Positions 30,091-38,768 of a DNA stretch of 62,584 bases are shown piece by piece; positions within the stretch are counted from its first letter, which is position 1, and every line of letters begins with the position of its first letter. The notes beneath the pieces are model-generated. The model was not told the DNA's origin. It did no database searches and saw nothing but the letters and a program-made list of their open reading frames with translations. The translations under genes were made by a program, and so were the position numbers. Source of the DNA: Chloroflexota bacterium (lineage in GTDB: Bacteria > Chloroflexota > Dehalococcoidia > Lucifugimonadales > UBA3495); NCBI GenBank assembly GCA_027623675.1, contig JAQBVF010000022.1, positions 1 to 62,584 on the forward strand, in the 5' to 3' direction.

Positions 30091-30765
30091 ATGGAAATCG
30101 CCGCGTTATACATAGGTTCCTATCTTGTAGGGGCCATCCCCTCGGCTTACATCATTGGCCGGTTGGTCAGGGGATTGGACATCCGAAGCTATGGGAGCGG
30201 CAACGTGGGCAGCGCGAACCTCTTTGAGCACGTGGGCAAGCGGTGGGTCATTCCATTGGTGGCCTTCGAGATGCTGGTCAAGGGAGCGCTCCCGGTTTGG
30301 GCCGGGTTGTTCATCCTTGACCTGGACCGGTCGTCAGCATACCTGATCGGACCGCCGTTGCTGGCGGTCACCGGCAACAACTGGTCGGTCTTTCTGAGAT
30401 TCCAAGGCGGCCGGGGCATCGCCGTCACCGGTGGAACTTTGTTGGCATTGTCACCGGTTCTGCTGGTCGCGTGCGCGGGCATATCGGTCATTGGCTGGAA
30501 GGTAACCAAGAGTTCGGGTGTGTGGGTGCTGATATCGCTGGCCCTGGCACCCCTTTGGGCCTACCTGCTGTACGACAATCTAAACCTGGTCTGGTTCAGC
30601 CTTGGGCTGCTGGGGATAGTGGTTCTGAAACGGCTCGGGGCCAACTGGACGTCCTTTCCCCAAGACGTGTCCCGCAGGAAAGTGCTGTTCAACCGGCTGG
30701 TCAGGGACCGGGACGTTTCAGACCGTACCGGCTGGGTGAGACGGATCCCGGAAGTCTTGTCTTAA
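30091..30765 (+). CDS. plsY: PlsY-family glycerol-3-phosphate acyltransferase (divergent)
   Basis: YLVGAIP, DIRSYGSGNVGSAN, FLRFQGGRGIA; multi-TM. Confidence 0.8.
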   Translation: MEIAALYIGSYLVGAIPSAYIIGRLVRGLDIRSYGSGNVGSANLFEHVGKRWVIPLVAFEMLVKGALPVWAGLFILDLDRSSAYLIGPPLLAVTGNNWSVFLRFQGGRGIAVTGGTLLALSPVLLVACAGISVIGWKVTKSSGVWVLISLALAPLWAYLLYDNLNLVWFSLGLLGIVVLKRLGANWTSFPQDVSRRKVLFNRLVRDRDVSDRTGWVRRIPEVLS

Positions 30766-30868
30766 AACGATTCCGGGGAGATTCCCCGATAAACCTGGCA
30801 ACGACCCTGACAACAGTTGGCCGCATAAAAGTAGATAGGGAAGAACGCACGGAGTTGCGTTAGAGGCT

Positions 30869-31381
30869 ATGGAGCAACAGGCTGACACCGGCGAGCCACA
30901 ACAACCAGCACACTGCCATTGGCACCCATCTGTTGAGACCGGGCTGTCGTGTAGTCAATGCGGGCGGAGCATATGCACCCAGTGCATGGTGCAAGCGTCG
31001 GTTGGCATTCGCTGTCCTGAGTGCGGCAAAGCGCCCAAGATGCCCACCTTCGACGTCCAGCCAACCTTTTATGCCAGGGCAGTGGGCACCGGGATTGCCG
31101 TGGCGGTAGGCGGCGGGGTGATTTGGATAATCTTCAACTTCATCTTCGGCGGTTTTGGGATACTGTCCTCCATGCCGGCACTGGGAGTTGGCTACGCGGC
31201 GGGTGAACTCATCAGCAAGGCGGTCAACGCGAAGCGTAGCAACGGACTGGCCTACATCGCTGCCGCGTCGGTAGTGGGGGCGTACATCATCGCCCTGCCG
31301 TCCAGCCCGGTGTCGTCCGGCTTTTTCGGGCTGATCGTCCTGGCCATCGCCATCTACACCGCCGTTCAGCGGGTCAAGTAG
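30869..31381 (+). CDS. B-box-like zinc finger membrane protein
   Basis: CHWHP...CSQCGRSICTQCM..ASVGIRCPEC (like the N-terminus of actinobacterial rhomboids) followed by about 4 TM helices. Confidence 0.75.
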   Translation: MEQQADTGEPQQPAHCHWHPSVETGLSCSQCGRSICTQCMVQASVGIRCPECGKAPKMPTFDVQPTFYARAVGTGIAVAVGGGVIWIIFNFIFGGFGILSSMPALGVGYAAGELISKAVNAKRSNGLAYIAAASVVGAYIIALPSSPVSSGFFGLIVLAIAIYTAVQRVK

Positions 31382-31475
31382 CCGCCGGCCGATCCCGGAT
31401 AACCGCCCTGCGCGCGCTCCCGACGCCGCCAGCCGGGTAAACCGCCCTCATTTCTCGTGAGACCACAACGCCGGT

Positions 31476-32054
31476 TTACCGTTCCTCATCAATGCTGCCA
31501 TCCAATGGCTCCAGCAGCTCCCGCTTGAGGCGCTCCACCGTGTGGCCCAACACATCCCCTTCAAACCCCCTGCGGTGCAAGAAAGCGCTCAACTTCCGGC
31601 GGAATGCTTGAGCGTCGTTCAGGGGCAACTTGGCTGCGTACTTGGCGCCCGCCTGGTAGGCGTTGGCGCCGGCGTCGAAGCCGGTTAGGGCTTCTTGAAT
31701 CACTTCCCGGTCCACGCCCAGCCGCTGTAGTTCCTGGCGGATCACGGCCGGTCCTCTCGGCCGCGACTTCTCCCGCTGTTCCCGCCATTCCCTGGCAAAG
31801 GCGGCGTCGTCCAGCAGCCCCTGGCGGCGGAGGGATGACACGGTCCGGTCGATAATCTCTTGCGGGAACTTGCCTTGAAGCCGCCGGTGGACCTCTTTCT
31901 CTGACCGTGACCGGTAGGTGAGTAGGCGCAGGGCGGCGTTCTTTGCCTTCTGGTATTGGGCTTCGGTGTGTTCCGGGGGGTCTACGGCAGAATGTTTGGC
32001 TTTCGAGTGATTGGCTTCCGGGTGCCTGGCTTCCGGGTGTCTGGCTTCCGACAT
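31476..32054 (-). CDS. recX: Regulatory protein RecX
   Basis: ALRLLTYRSRSEKE, LLDDAAFA, IRQELQRLGV, FLHRRGF; directly downstream of recA; start uncertain. Confidence 0.88.
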   Translation of the reverse strand: MSEARHPEARHPEANHSKAKHSAVDPPEHTEAQYQKAKNAALRLLTYRSRSEKEVHRRLQGKFPQEIIDRTVSSLRRQGLLDDAAFAREWREQREKSRPRGPAVIRQELQRLGVDREVIQEALTGFDAGANAYQAGAKYAAKLPLNDAQAFRRKLSAFLHRRGFEGDVLGHTVERLKRELLEPLDGSIDEER

Positions 32055-32217
32055 GGGTGGATGCTCCAGATCGATTGACGCCTGTTGCGCCGAGGGTGGC
32101 TTGCCAATAGAAACGGCCGGTTGGGGAGGCGGGACTGGCCCCAACTCGGCCGCTTACTTCCGTTATTTAACGCCCTTTAGGCGCAGCTCTTCGAGTGTAG
32201 CCGTTGGCTGCTGAAGC

Positions 32218-33354
32218 TTATTCGTCGTCGTCCGAATCTTGGGAGGCTCCGCCGGACAGTATGTCTGCGACTGACTCCTCGAGATTGGGAGAGTTCCCGT
32301 TGGTCAACGCCTCGCCGGGAGCTACCTGGTTGCTCGGCTCGGGGTTGCCGACGGGGCCCCGGATGCGGGCTTCGACGGATGCGGCAATCTCCGGGTGCTG
32401 GGTGAGGAATTCCTTGGAGTTCTCCCGTCCCTGGCCCAGCTTGGTGTCGCCGTAGGAGTAGAAGGCGCCTGACTTCTTGACGATCCCCTGGTCGACGCCA
32501 ATCTCAAGTATGTCGCCCATCTTGCTGATGCCCAGATTGAACATGATGTCGAACTCGGCGACCCGGAACGGAGCGGCGACCTTGTTCTTGACGACGCGGG
32601 CCCGGACGCGGTTGCCCATGGCCTCGGCGCCCTGCTTGATCGACTCCACACGGCGGAGGTCGATCCGCACTGAGCTGTAGAACTTGAGGGCGCGGCCACC
32701 GGGCGTAACCTCGGGGCTGCCGTAGGTGACGCCGATCTTCTCGCGGATCTGGTTGATGAAGATCACGGCGGTCTTGGATCGGTGGATGCTGCTGGTCAAT
32801 TTGCGCAGGGCTTGGGACATGAGCCGCGCTTGCAGGCCAACGTGAGTGTCGCCCATGTCGCCTTCAATCTCAGCCTGGGGAACCAGGGCGGCCACACTGT
32901 CGACCACTACCGCGTCAACCGCGCCGCTGCGGACCAGTTGCTCGGTGATGTCCAACGCCTGCTCGGCGCTGTCGGGCTGGGCGATCAGAAGCTCGTCCAG
33001 GTTGAGACCGCAGTTGCCAGCGTAGGTGGGGTCGAGGGCGTGTTCAACGTCGATGTAGGCCGCCGTGCCGCCTAGTTTCTGAGTCTCGGCCATGATATGG
33101 ATGGCCAGGGTCGACTTTCCGGCGGACTCAGCGCCGAAGATCTCGGTCACCCGCCCGCGTGGAATACCGCCGGTGCCAAGGGCGATGTCCAAGGCCAAGG
33201 AACCGGTGGGGATGGACTCGGTGGTCAGAGAAGCGCTGATCTCGCCGAGGCGCATGACGGCGCCCTTGCCGTAATCTTTCTCTATCCGCCCCAGCGCGAT
33301 CTCTAGAGCGGCCAGTTTATCGTTAGCTTGTTTGTCTTTCTCTTTGCTCGTCAT
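32218..33354 (-). CDS. recA: Recombinase RecA
   Basis: GAESAGKST Walker [30 protein letters not shown]. Confidence 0.98.
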   Translation of the reverse strand: MTSKEKDKQANDKLAALEIALGRIEKDYGKGAVMRLGEISASLTTESIPTGSLALDIALGTGGIPRGRVTEIFGAESAGKSTLAIHIMAETQKLGGTAAYIDVEHALDPTYAGNCGLNLDELLIAQPDSAEQALDITEQLVRSGAVDAVVVDSVAALVPQAEIEGDMGDTHVGLQARLMSQALRKLTSSIHRSKTAVIFINQIREKIGVTYGSPEVTPGGRALKFYSSVRIDLRRVESIKQGAEAMGNRVRARVVKNKVAAPFRVAEFDIMFNLGISKMGDILEIGVDQGIVKKSGAFYSYGDTKLGQGRENSKEFLTQHPEIAASVEARIRGPVGNPEPSNQVAPGEALTNGNSPNLEESVADILSGGASQDSDDDE

Positions 33355-33572
33355 CCTCACCCTTCCTTAATTACCGGAATTACCGGTTGCCATTGCCGGC
33401 ATCCGGTGGCCCGTTCTTAGGCATCTATCGTTGAATGGCCGGTGTTCGATCGGTCCACTTGGAACCAACATGCGCCGCATCCTAACATCGTGTCTTGCCA
33501 CCCAACAAGGAGAGATTGTCAGTAAATGCCGCCGGATGATTCTGAGGCCAGGCGGGACAACGGGAACTGCTT

Positions 33573-33588
33573 GGGGCCAACTGGCCCC
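33573..33588 (-). promoter_or_regulatory. Candidate SECIS hairpin of the Uxx-star gene
   Basis: GGGGCC-AGTT-GGCCCC beginning 13 nt after the in-frame TGA. Confidence 0.6.
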
Positions 33589-33591
33589 GGA

Positions 33592-33822
33592 TCAAAAGTC
33601 TCAGGTGCCGCCTTTGAACCCGATGGTGACTACTCCGTCCTCCACTATGACCGGGGTGACGCGCTCGCCGTCGGTCAATTCAAGCAGCGCGGGGATCTGG
33701 TCTGCTTGCTTGGCCAGGTCGATCTCGGTGTACTCCACCTTGCGCTTGCGGTAGTCCATCTTGGCGGCGGAGGAATACGCGCAGTCGGGGTGGGTGTAGA
33801 TGATTGTGGTAGCTTCGGCCAC
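33592..33822 (-). CDS. Uxx-star family glutaredoxin-like selenoprotein (Sec at the TGA 33601-33603)
   Basis: GTG start with AGGAG RBS; IYTHPDCAYS, VTPVIVE, ends GFKGGT-TGA-GAC-TTT-TGA = U-D-F-stop; hairpin downstream; selD in window. Confidence 0.82.
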
Positions 33823-33912
33823 GGTTGACTCCTGTTCGGTGAGGTTGCCGGGGACACCCGACATAACTTGAACGTTGGTGCAATTGTACGTGCGGCCCGG
33901 GGATTCTTCAAT

Positions 33913-33975
33913 AAAACCCGTGCCCGGAATGGGAAAACCCGTGCCCGGAATGGGAAAACCCATGCCCGGAATGGG
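33913..33975. repeat. 21-bp tandem repeat x3
   Basis: AAAACCCGTGCCCGGAATGGG x2 plus AAAACCCATGCCCGGAATGGG. Confidence 0.92.
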
Positions 33976-34101
33976 TTGGCCGTAACAGACCGGTGGGGTC
34001 ACTGGGGCCTGGGCTGCCGGCGGTTGGCCTGAAGATGAAATGATATGCTTTAATCTCGCAAACGGCGTTCCGCGCCAGTCTTTCCCAGGCAGGTCAGGAC
34101 A

Positions 34102-35298
34102 TTGGAAGAACCACAAGATAATGCCGGCTCCAAGGGCATGGCGGCCCTGGCCAGCCTATTGGACCGATACGCCACCGGCTCTGGCCGGATCACGCCCCGG
34201 CCCAGGGGTTCGCGGCTGGACTCATCCGTCCGGGCCACGCTGGAGGAAGCGATGGCCTTGGTGGAGGCTTCGCCGGACGAGGCAGCGAAAGCCGGCAGAT
34301 CGTTGGTCTATGGAAACGGATGCTACGCCGTGGGCCGTCACGCCGACGCAGTCCAGGTGTACCTGGCTATCTTGGAGGATGAGCCGTTCAACGCCGACGC
34401 CCGCTTCAATCTGGGCCTGGCCTATCTGCGTCTGAGGAGCCCGGAGGACGCCGTCCGGGAGTTCACCGACGTTCTGGTCCGGGAACCGTTCCTAGCTGAG
34501 GCGTACTATCAGCGGGGCAACGCCCACGACGACTTGGGTTTAGTGGAACGGGCCTTGGATGATTACGGGCGGGCCATCGAGTTGGACCCCGGATACGTTC
34601 AGGCGATGTATAACCGGGCGGTGGTCCTGGGCCAGGCCGGCCGGCCCCAGGAATCCGTGGCCCAGTTCGACAGGGTGATCGCCATCCGGCCGGACATATC
34701 CAACGCTCACCTGAACCGCGGGGCGTCGCTGGATGACATGGGCCTGCATGACGAAGCCATCGATAGCTACACCAGGGCGGTCGAGATCAATCCGGAGAAT
34801 TCCTACGCCATCTTCAACCGCGCCCGGACCAATTATTACCTGGGCCGGCTGCCGGAAGCCCTGGCAGATTACAGCCAGGTAATCGAGATGACGCCAGATG
34901 ACGCCGAGGCGTACAACAACCGGGGCCTGGCCTACGATGCCCTGGGCGATTACGAAAGCGCTGTTTCAGACTTCGATTCGGCCCTGGCGTTGCGGCCATC
35001 GTTCGCCGAGGCCCACAGCAATCGGGGGGCGGTGCTGGAGGTCCAGGGAGATTTGGACGGGGCGCTGGCGGAGTACCACCGGTCTTTGGACGCCGACCCC
35101 GGCATGGCTTCCGCCCACTACAACGCCGCCCGGGTCTATTCGCGGACCGGCGACGTGTCCGCCTGCCTGACTCACCTGGACCAGGTGATTGAGCTTGCGC
35201 CCCAGTTGGCTGAGGACGCGGCCCATGACGAGCATCTTGGCTGGGCGTTGAAACTACGTGAGATGCGCGAAGTTAGAGGGCCGGAAGGCGAAGCTTAA
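34102..35298 (+). CDS. Tetratricopeptide repeat protein
   Basis: About 9 TPR units (AYYQRG, AMYNRA, AHLNRG, AYNNRG, AHSNRG, AHYNAA). Confidence 0.9.
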   Translation: MEEPQDNAGSKGMAALASLLDRYATGSGRITPRPRGSRLDSSVRATLEEAMALVEASPDEAAKAGRSLVYGNGCYAVGRHADAVQVYLAILEDEPFNADARFNLGLAYLRLRSPEDAVREFTDVLVREPFLAEAYYQRGNAHDDLGLVERALDDYGRAIELDPGYVQAMYNRAVVLGQAGRPQESVAQFDRVIAIRPDISNAHLNRGASLDDMGLHDEAIDSYTRAVEINPENSYAIFNRARTNYYLGRLPEALADYSQVIEMTPDDAEAYNNRGLAYDALGDYESAVSDFDSALALRPSFAEAHSNRGAVLEVQGDLDGALAEYHRSLDADPGMASAHYNAARVYSRTGDVSACLTHLDQVIELAPQLAEDAAHDEHLGWALKLREMREVRGPEGEA

Positions 35299-35341
35299 GA
35301 AAAGAGATGCGCCAAATTTGGGAGCCGCCGGAAGCCGGAAC

Positions 35342-36049
35342 CTAGCGGCGGCCTGATGTGGCGTGGCCCAATTCGGCATCGGGGTCTACCGCAACCAGGG
35401 GGTCAGCTTCCAGGTCGTCGTCATCTTCAGTGTCCCGGTACATCGGGTGGGAAGCGGCATGGAGTCTCCGGCGGCGGGTGAACATGCTCCGAAACAGGAC
35501 CAGAGACGCGAGAACGACCAAACCAGACACTAGATCGCGCTCGATCTGGTAGTACTGGCTGATCGCCAGCATCACCAGGAAGCAGACCGATATTCCCCAG
35601 GTCGACCGCAAGACCGAGTGCCGCATGATTACGACAGTCGCCACACCAGCAACGGCTCCCAGGACCGCCAATGCGGGCATCAGTGCTAGCGTCACGCCGA
35701 TGAGTGGCGCCATGCCGTCGCCGCCCTTGAACCGGGTGAAGACCGACTTCCAGTGCCCAACCACGGCGGCGCCGCCGGCGACAAGAACCAACTCGGGGGG
35801 AACTCCCAGCGCCCAGGCGGCGAAAACGGCCGCGGCGCCCTTGGCCAGGTCCAGCACCAGCACCAGCGCGCCGGTACGGTGTCCCACGTTGAAGAACACG
35901 TTGGCGGTGCCGGCCAGGGTGCTGCCGGTTGTGAATACGTCGATCCCACGAAGACGGGAGGCGATGTGGGCAAAGGGCAACGCGCCGAGCAAATACCCGG
36001 CGGCAACTGCCATCACCATCTTCTGGACCAGTTCCCAACCTTCGGTCAT
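35342..36049 (-). CDS. Second, highly divergent PlsY-family acyltransferase
   Basis: YLLGALP, IDVFTTGSTLAGTANV, LDLAKG, GHWKSVFTRFKGGDGMA. Confidence 0.78.
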   Translation of the reverse strand: MTEGWELVQKMVMAVAAGYLLGALPFAHIASRLRGIDVFTTGSTLAGTANVFFNVGHRTGALVLVLDLAKGAAAVFAAWALGVPPELVLVAGGAAVVGHWKSVFTRFKGGDGMAPLIGVTLALMPALAVLGAVAGVATVVIMRHSVLRSTWGISVCFLVMLAISQYYQIERDLVSGLVVLASLVLFRSMFTRRRRLHAASHPMYRDTEDDDDLEADPLVAVDPDAELGHATSGRR

Positions 36050-36280
36050 AGGAGGCTAACGACGCATCTCCCAGGCTGTAGGGAGGGCTCACGCAGGGCA
36101 ATCAATATGGCGGGTTTTGGAGTCGAGTTGGTCATTGTATGGGCGGTTGCTTCCCGGCGAAAACAGGATGATTCCATGACCATCATATACCAGCCAAGCC
36201 CATGGCGGTAGGTGACTATGGGGTCTGGAATGAGGACCCGTTAAATGCGTTTTCGCCGCCCGGCCGTGGGGCGATCGTGC

Positions 36281-37066
36281 CTACGGCCGTTTCTTCCCAA
36301 CGTATAGCCAGTAGCCCAACTCTCCTGCTGTAACCATCTCTCTGACCTTGGCGATCAGTTCCGGCGAGCGTTCAAGTTGCCTACTGTCAGTTACGCCGCC
36401 GCTCATCTTCTGGAAGGCCAGGAAAGCGGCCAGCTTGGACTCCACTTCGTCCAATATCTTGATGATCTCCACGGAGGCATCCAGCCTTTCGGTGACCGTG
36501 AACCCGCCGGCATCCAGGAGGTCCACGTAGCCGCCGGCGGTCAGGGCGCTGGTCATGCACAAGACCTGGCCCAGGTCACCCTGTAATTCGGCCGGCAGGG
36601 CTCCCGGCTCGATGGTGACGTCGCTCAGGCCGAACTTGCCGCCCGGACGCAGCAGCCGGGCCGTTTCGGCCACCGCCTGGGCTTTGTTAATGAACAGACT
36701 CATGGAGCATTCACATACGGCGGCGTCGAACGCGCCCGAACGCAGCGGCAGGTTCTCGGCGTCGCCCCGCACGAAGCGGGCCCTGCTCGAGTCCGGAGCG
36801 GCGCCTGCGGCATGACGCACGGCTTGGGCCCCGAACTCCACGCCCAGCACGCTGCAGCGGAACACCCGGCCCAGGGCCTGGGCGCTCTCACCACGGGCGC
36901 TGGCCAGGTCGGCCACCACATCGCCCGCCCGCAGCCCCATCAGCCGGCCCAGCTTGTTGGTCAGGCCCAGTCCTCCGGGGTGGAGGGTGTCGCCCATGAT
37001 GAGCTTGGCCATGTCCGACTGATAGAGGTCGGCGCAACAGGCCTTGGCTTCAGCTTCGCTTTGCAA
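36281..37066 (-). CDS. Class I SAM-dependent methyltransferase (DVU_1556/arsenite-MT-like)
   Basis: LHPGG..LT, VADLASARG, GDAENLP, FDAAVCEC, LLRPGG; N-terminal CC. Confidence 0.85.
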   Translation of the reverse strand: MQSEAEAKACCADLYQSDMAKLIMGDTLHPGGLGLTNKLGRLMGLRAGDVVADLASARGESAQALGRVFRCSVLGVEFGAQAVRHAAGAAPDSSRARFVRGDAENLPLRSGAFDAAVCECSMSLFINKAQAVAETARLLRPGGKFGLSDVTIEPGALPAELQGDLGQVLCMTSALTAGGYVDLLDAGGFTVTERLDASVEIIKILDEVESKLAAFLAFQKMSGGVTDSRQLERSPELIAKVREMVTAGELGYWLYVGKKRP

Positions 37067-37080
37067 ACCCTGATCTGCTC

Positions 37081-38616
37081 CTAGTCGTCCGCCAATGGCA
37101 GCGTCTGATTGCTGTTATGGTCTTCCGCGAACCGTATCTTTTCCCGGGCCAACTCCAGGGTGCGCTCGGCCGTCATTTGCTCCCGGATCTCCTCCCGGTA
37201 TCCCACCGAGTTGTAGGCGCAGAACGGGATGATCCGGCCGTCGGGCACCAGGATGCCGACGCAGCATTTCATTACCTGCTTCACGTTGAAAGTATACGGG
37301 TCCAGGAAGTCCTTGATGGCGATCTGGAAGATGTGGTCCTTCAGGTGGGCCGTGTCGTAGCCCAATTCCAGGCCCGGACCGCAGGCGCACTGAAACTGGT
37401 CGGCGGTCTGTTCAGCGCCGGCCACGGCGGAGGCCGACCACAGACCTTCAAGGGCCTTCTGCACGTCGGCCGAGTTGGTGGGTTTGGGCAGGGCGCGGTT
37501 GGTGATGTAGTCCAGATATTGGTCGATGTCCAACATGCGGGGCAGCGGCACGGTGGTCTCGCCATCGACGAACACGTAGGAGTTGACCTGGCAGGTGGGG
37601 AAGCAGCAGGGCACGGGGACAAAGTCCTCCATGACGAACCGGCCGGCCGACTGGTCGACGATGCCGTGTATGACGTCGGGGATGGTCACCCGGTCCATGG
37701 GGTCGAATTCGATGTGGCGGCCCACGTGGGTCACCGGTTGGAAGACCACGCCGCGCACCGCTGGATGCTCCAGCCCGAACTTCAGGATGGCGCCCACCTC
37801 GTCGGTGTTCACGCCGCGCTCGATGGCGGCCACCAAGACGGCGTCGATGCCCTTCCCGGCCAGGCGCTCCAGGGCCTTTAACTTCAGGTCTAGCAGGTCC
37901 TCCCCCCTGATGGTCACGTAGGTCTCAGGGCGCAGGCCGTCGAATTGGAGGTAGATCACCGGGTTCTGCTCGGCCAACTGGTCCAGGAATCTGTCGTCAC
38001 GGGCGATGCGGACGCCGTTGGTGTTGACCATGACCTGGCGGATGCCCCGGTCCTTGGCGGCCTGAATCATCTCCATCAGGTCGGGGTGGATCGTCGGCTC
38101 GCCGCCGCTGAACTGGATGACCTCCGGGTCGCCTTCGATCTCGACGAAGCGGTCCAGCATGAATTCGACCTGCTCCACGGTCAGGCTGAATCCCACGCCG
38201 GCATTGGCGAAGCAGATGGGACAGTCCAGGTTGCAGCCCGAGTTGACCTCGATCAGGGCCAGGCACATGTGCTGCTTGTGCTCGGGGCAGAGGCCGCAGT
38301 CCAGCGGACAGCCGTCTTTCACCTCGGTGCTGGTCTCCAAGGGCAGGGTGCCCGGCTTGTTGAACTTCACCGAATCCACGTACATCTGGGCGTCCGAACT
38401 GATGATGCCCTTGAACCAGCCGTGTTCCGGGCACCGTTTGCGCATCAGGACCTTGTTGTCCTGGATGATGATCTGGGCATCGATCACCGTCTTGCATTCG
38501 GGGCAGATGCTGCGGGTCAACTCGTGGAAGATGTAGTCGGCGTCTTGCTTGACTCTAAGCTTTCCGTTGACAGTTGGTTTGTCCAAGTGGCCCCCCTTTA
38601 TATGGCTATATGGCAA
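37081..38616 (-). CDS. Radical SAM enzyme of MJ0619/Tes (tetraether synthase)/TrsS type
   Basis: N-terminal CPEC...CPEHG, CPLDCGLCPEH..HMC auxiliary cluster, CNLDCPIC SAM motif, SGGEPT, C-terminal KCC...IIPFCAYN. Confidence 0.88.
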   Translation of the reverse strand: MPYSHIKGGHLDKPTVNGKLRVKQDADYIFHELTRSICPECKTVIDAQIIIQDNKVLMRKRCPEHGWFKGIISSDAQMYVDSVKFNKPGTLPLETSTEVKDGCPLDCGLCPEHKQHMCLALIEVNSGCNLDCPICFANAGVGFSLTVEQVEFMLDRFVEIEGDPEVIQFSGGEPTIHPDLMEMIQAAKDRGIRQVMVNTNGVRIARDDRFLDQLAEQNPVIYLQFDGLRPETYVTIRGEDLLDLKLKALERLAGKGIDAVLVAAIERGVNTDEVGAILKFGLEHPAVRGVVFQPVTHVGRHIEFDPMDRVTIPDVIHGIVDQSAGRFVMEDFVPVPCCFPTCQVNSYVFVDGETTVPLPRMLDIDQYLDYITNRALPKPTNSADVQKALEGLWSASAVAGAEQTADQFQCACGPGLELGYDTAHLKDHIFQIAIKDFLDPYTFNVKQVMKCCVGILVPDGRIIPFCAYNSVGYREEIREQMTAERTLELAREKIRFAEDHNSNQTLPLADD

Positions 38617-38768
38617 TTCCGCCGGTATGGGCGGGGTCTTGTAGAATTGAGATGCTTTTCACAATCAATGGATTCACCGGAACCTAGATCCAAAACGGCT
38701 CCGCGGTCCAGGCCCCGCAAGCGATGGTCTGCACTGGCTGCCCAAATTGTAGGAGGAGGGTATTTCTC

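Noticed and set aside
33360..33560. LexA/SOS box upstream of recA
   Set aside because: No GAAC-N4-GTTC match found by eye.
33823..34116. N-terminal extension of ORF 33601..34116
   Set aside because: It runs through the 21-bp repeat; the GTG at 33822 has a proper RBS and fits the glutaredoxin fold.
38647..38668. FNR/NnrR box upstream of nirK
   Set aside because: TTGAG...ATCAA half-sites are 12 nt apart, not 4.
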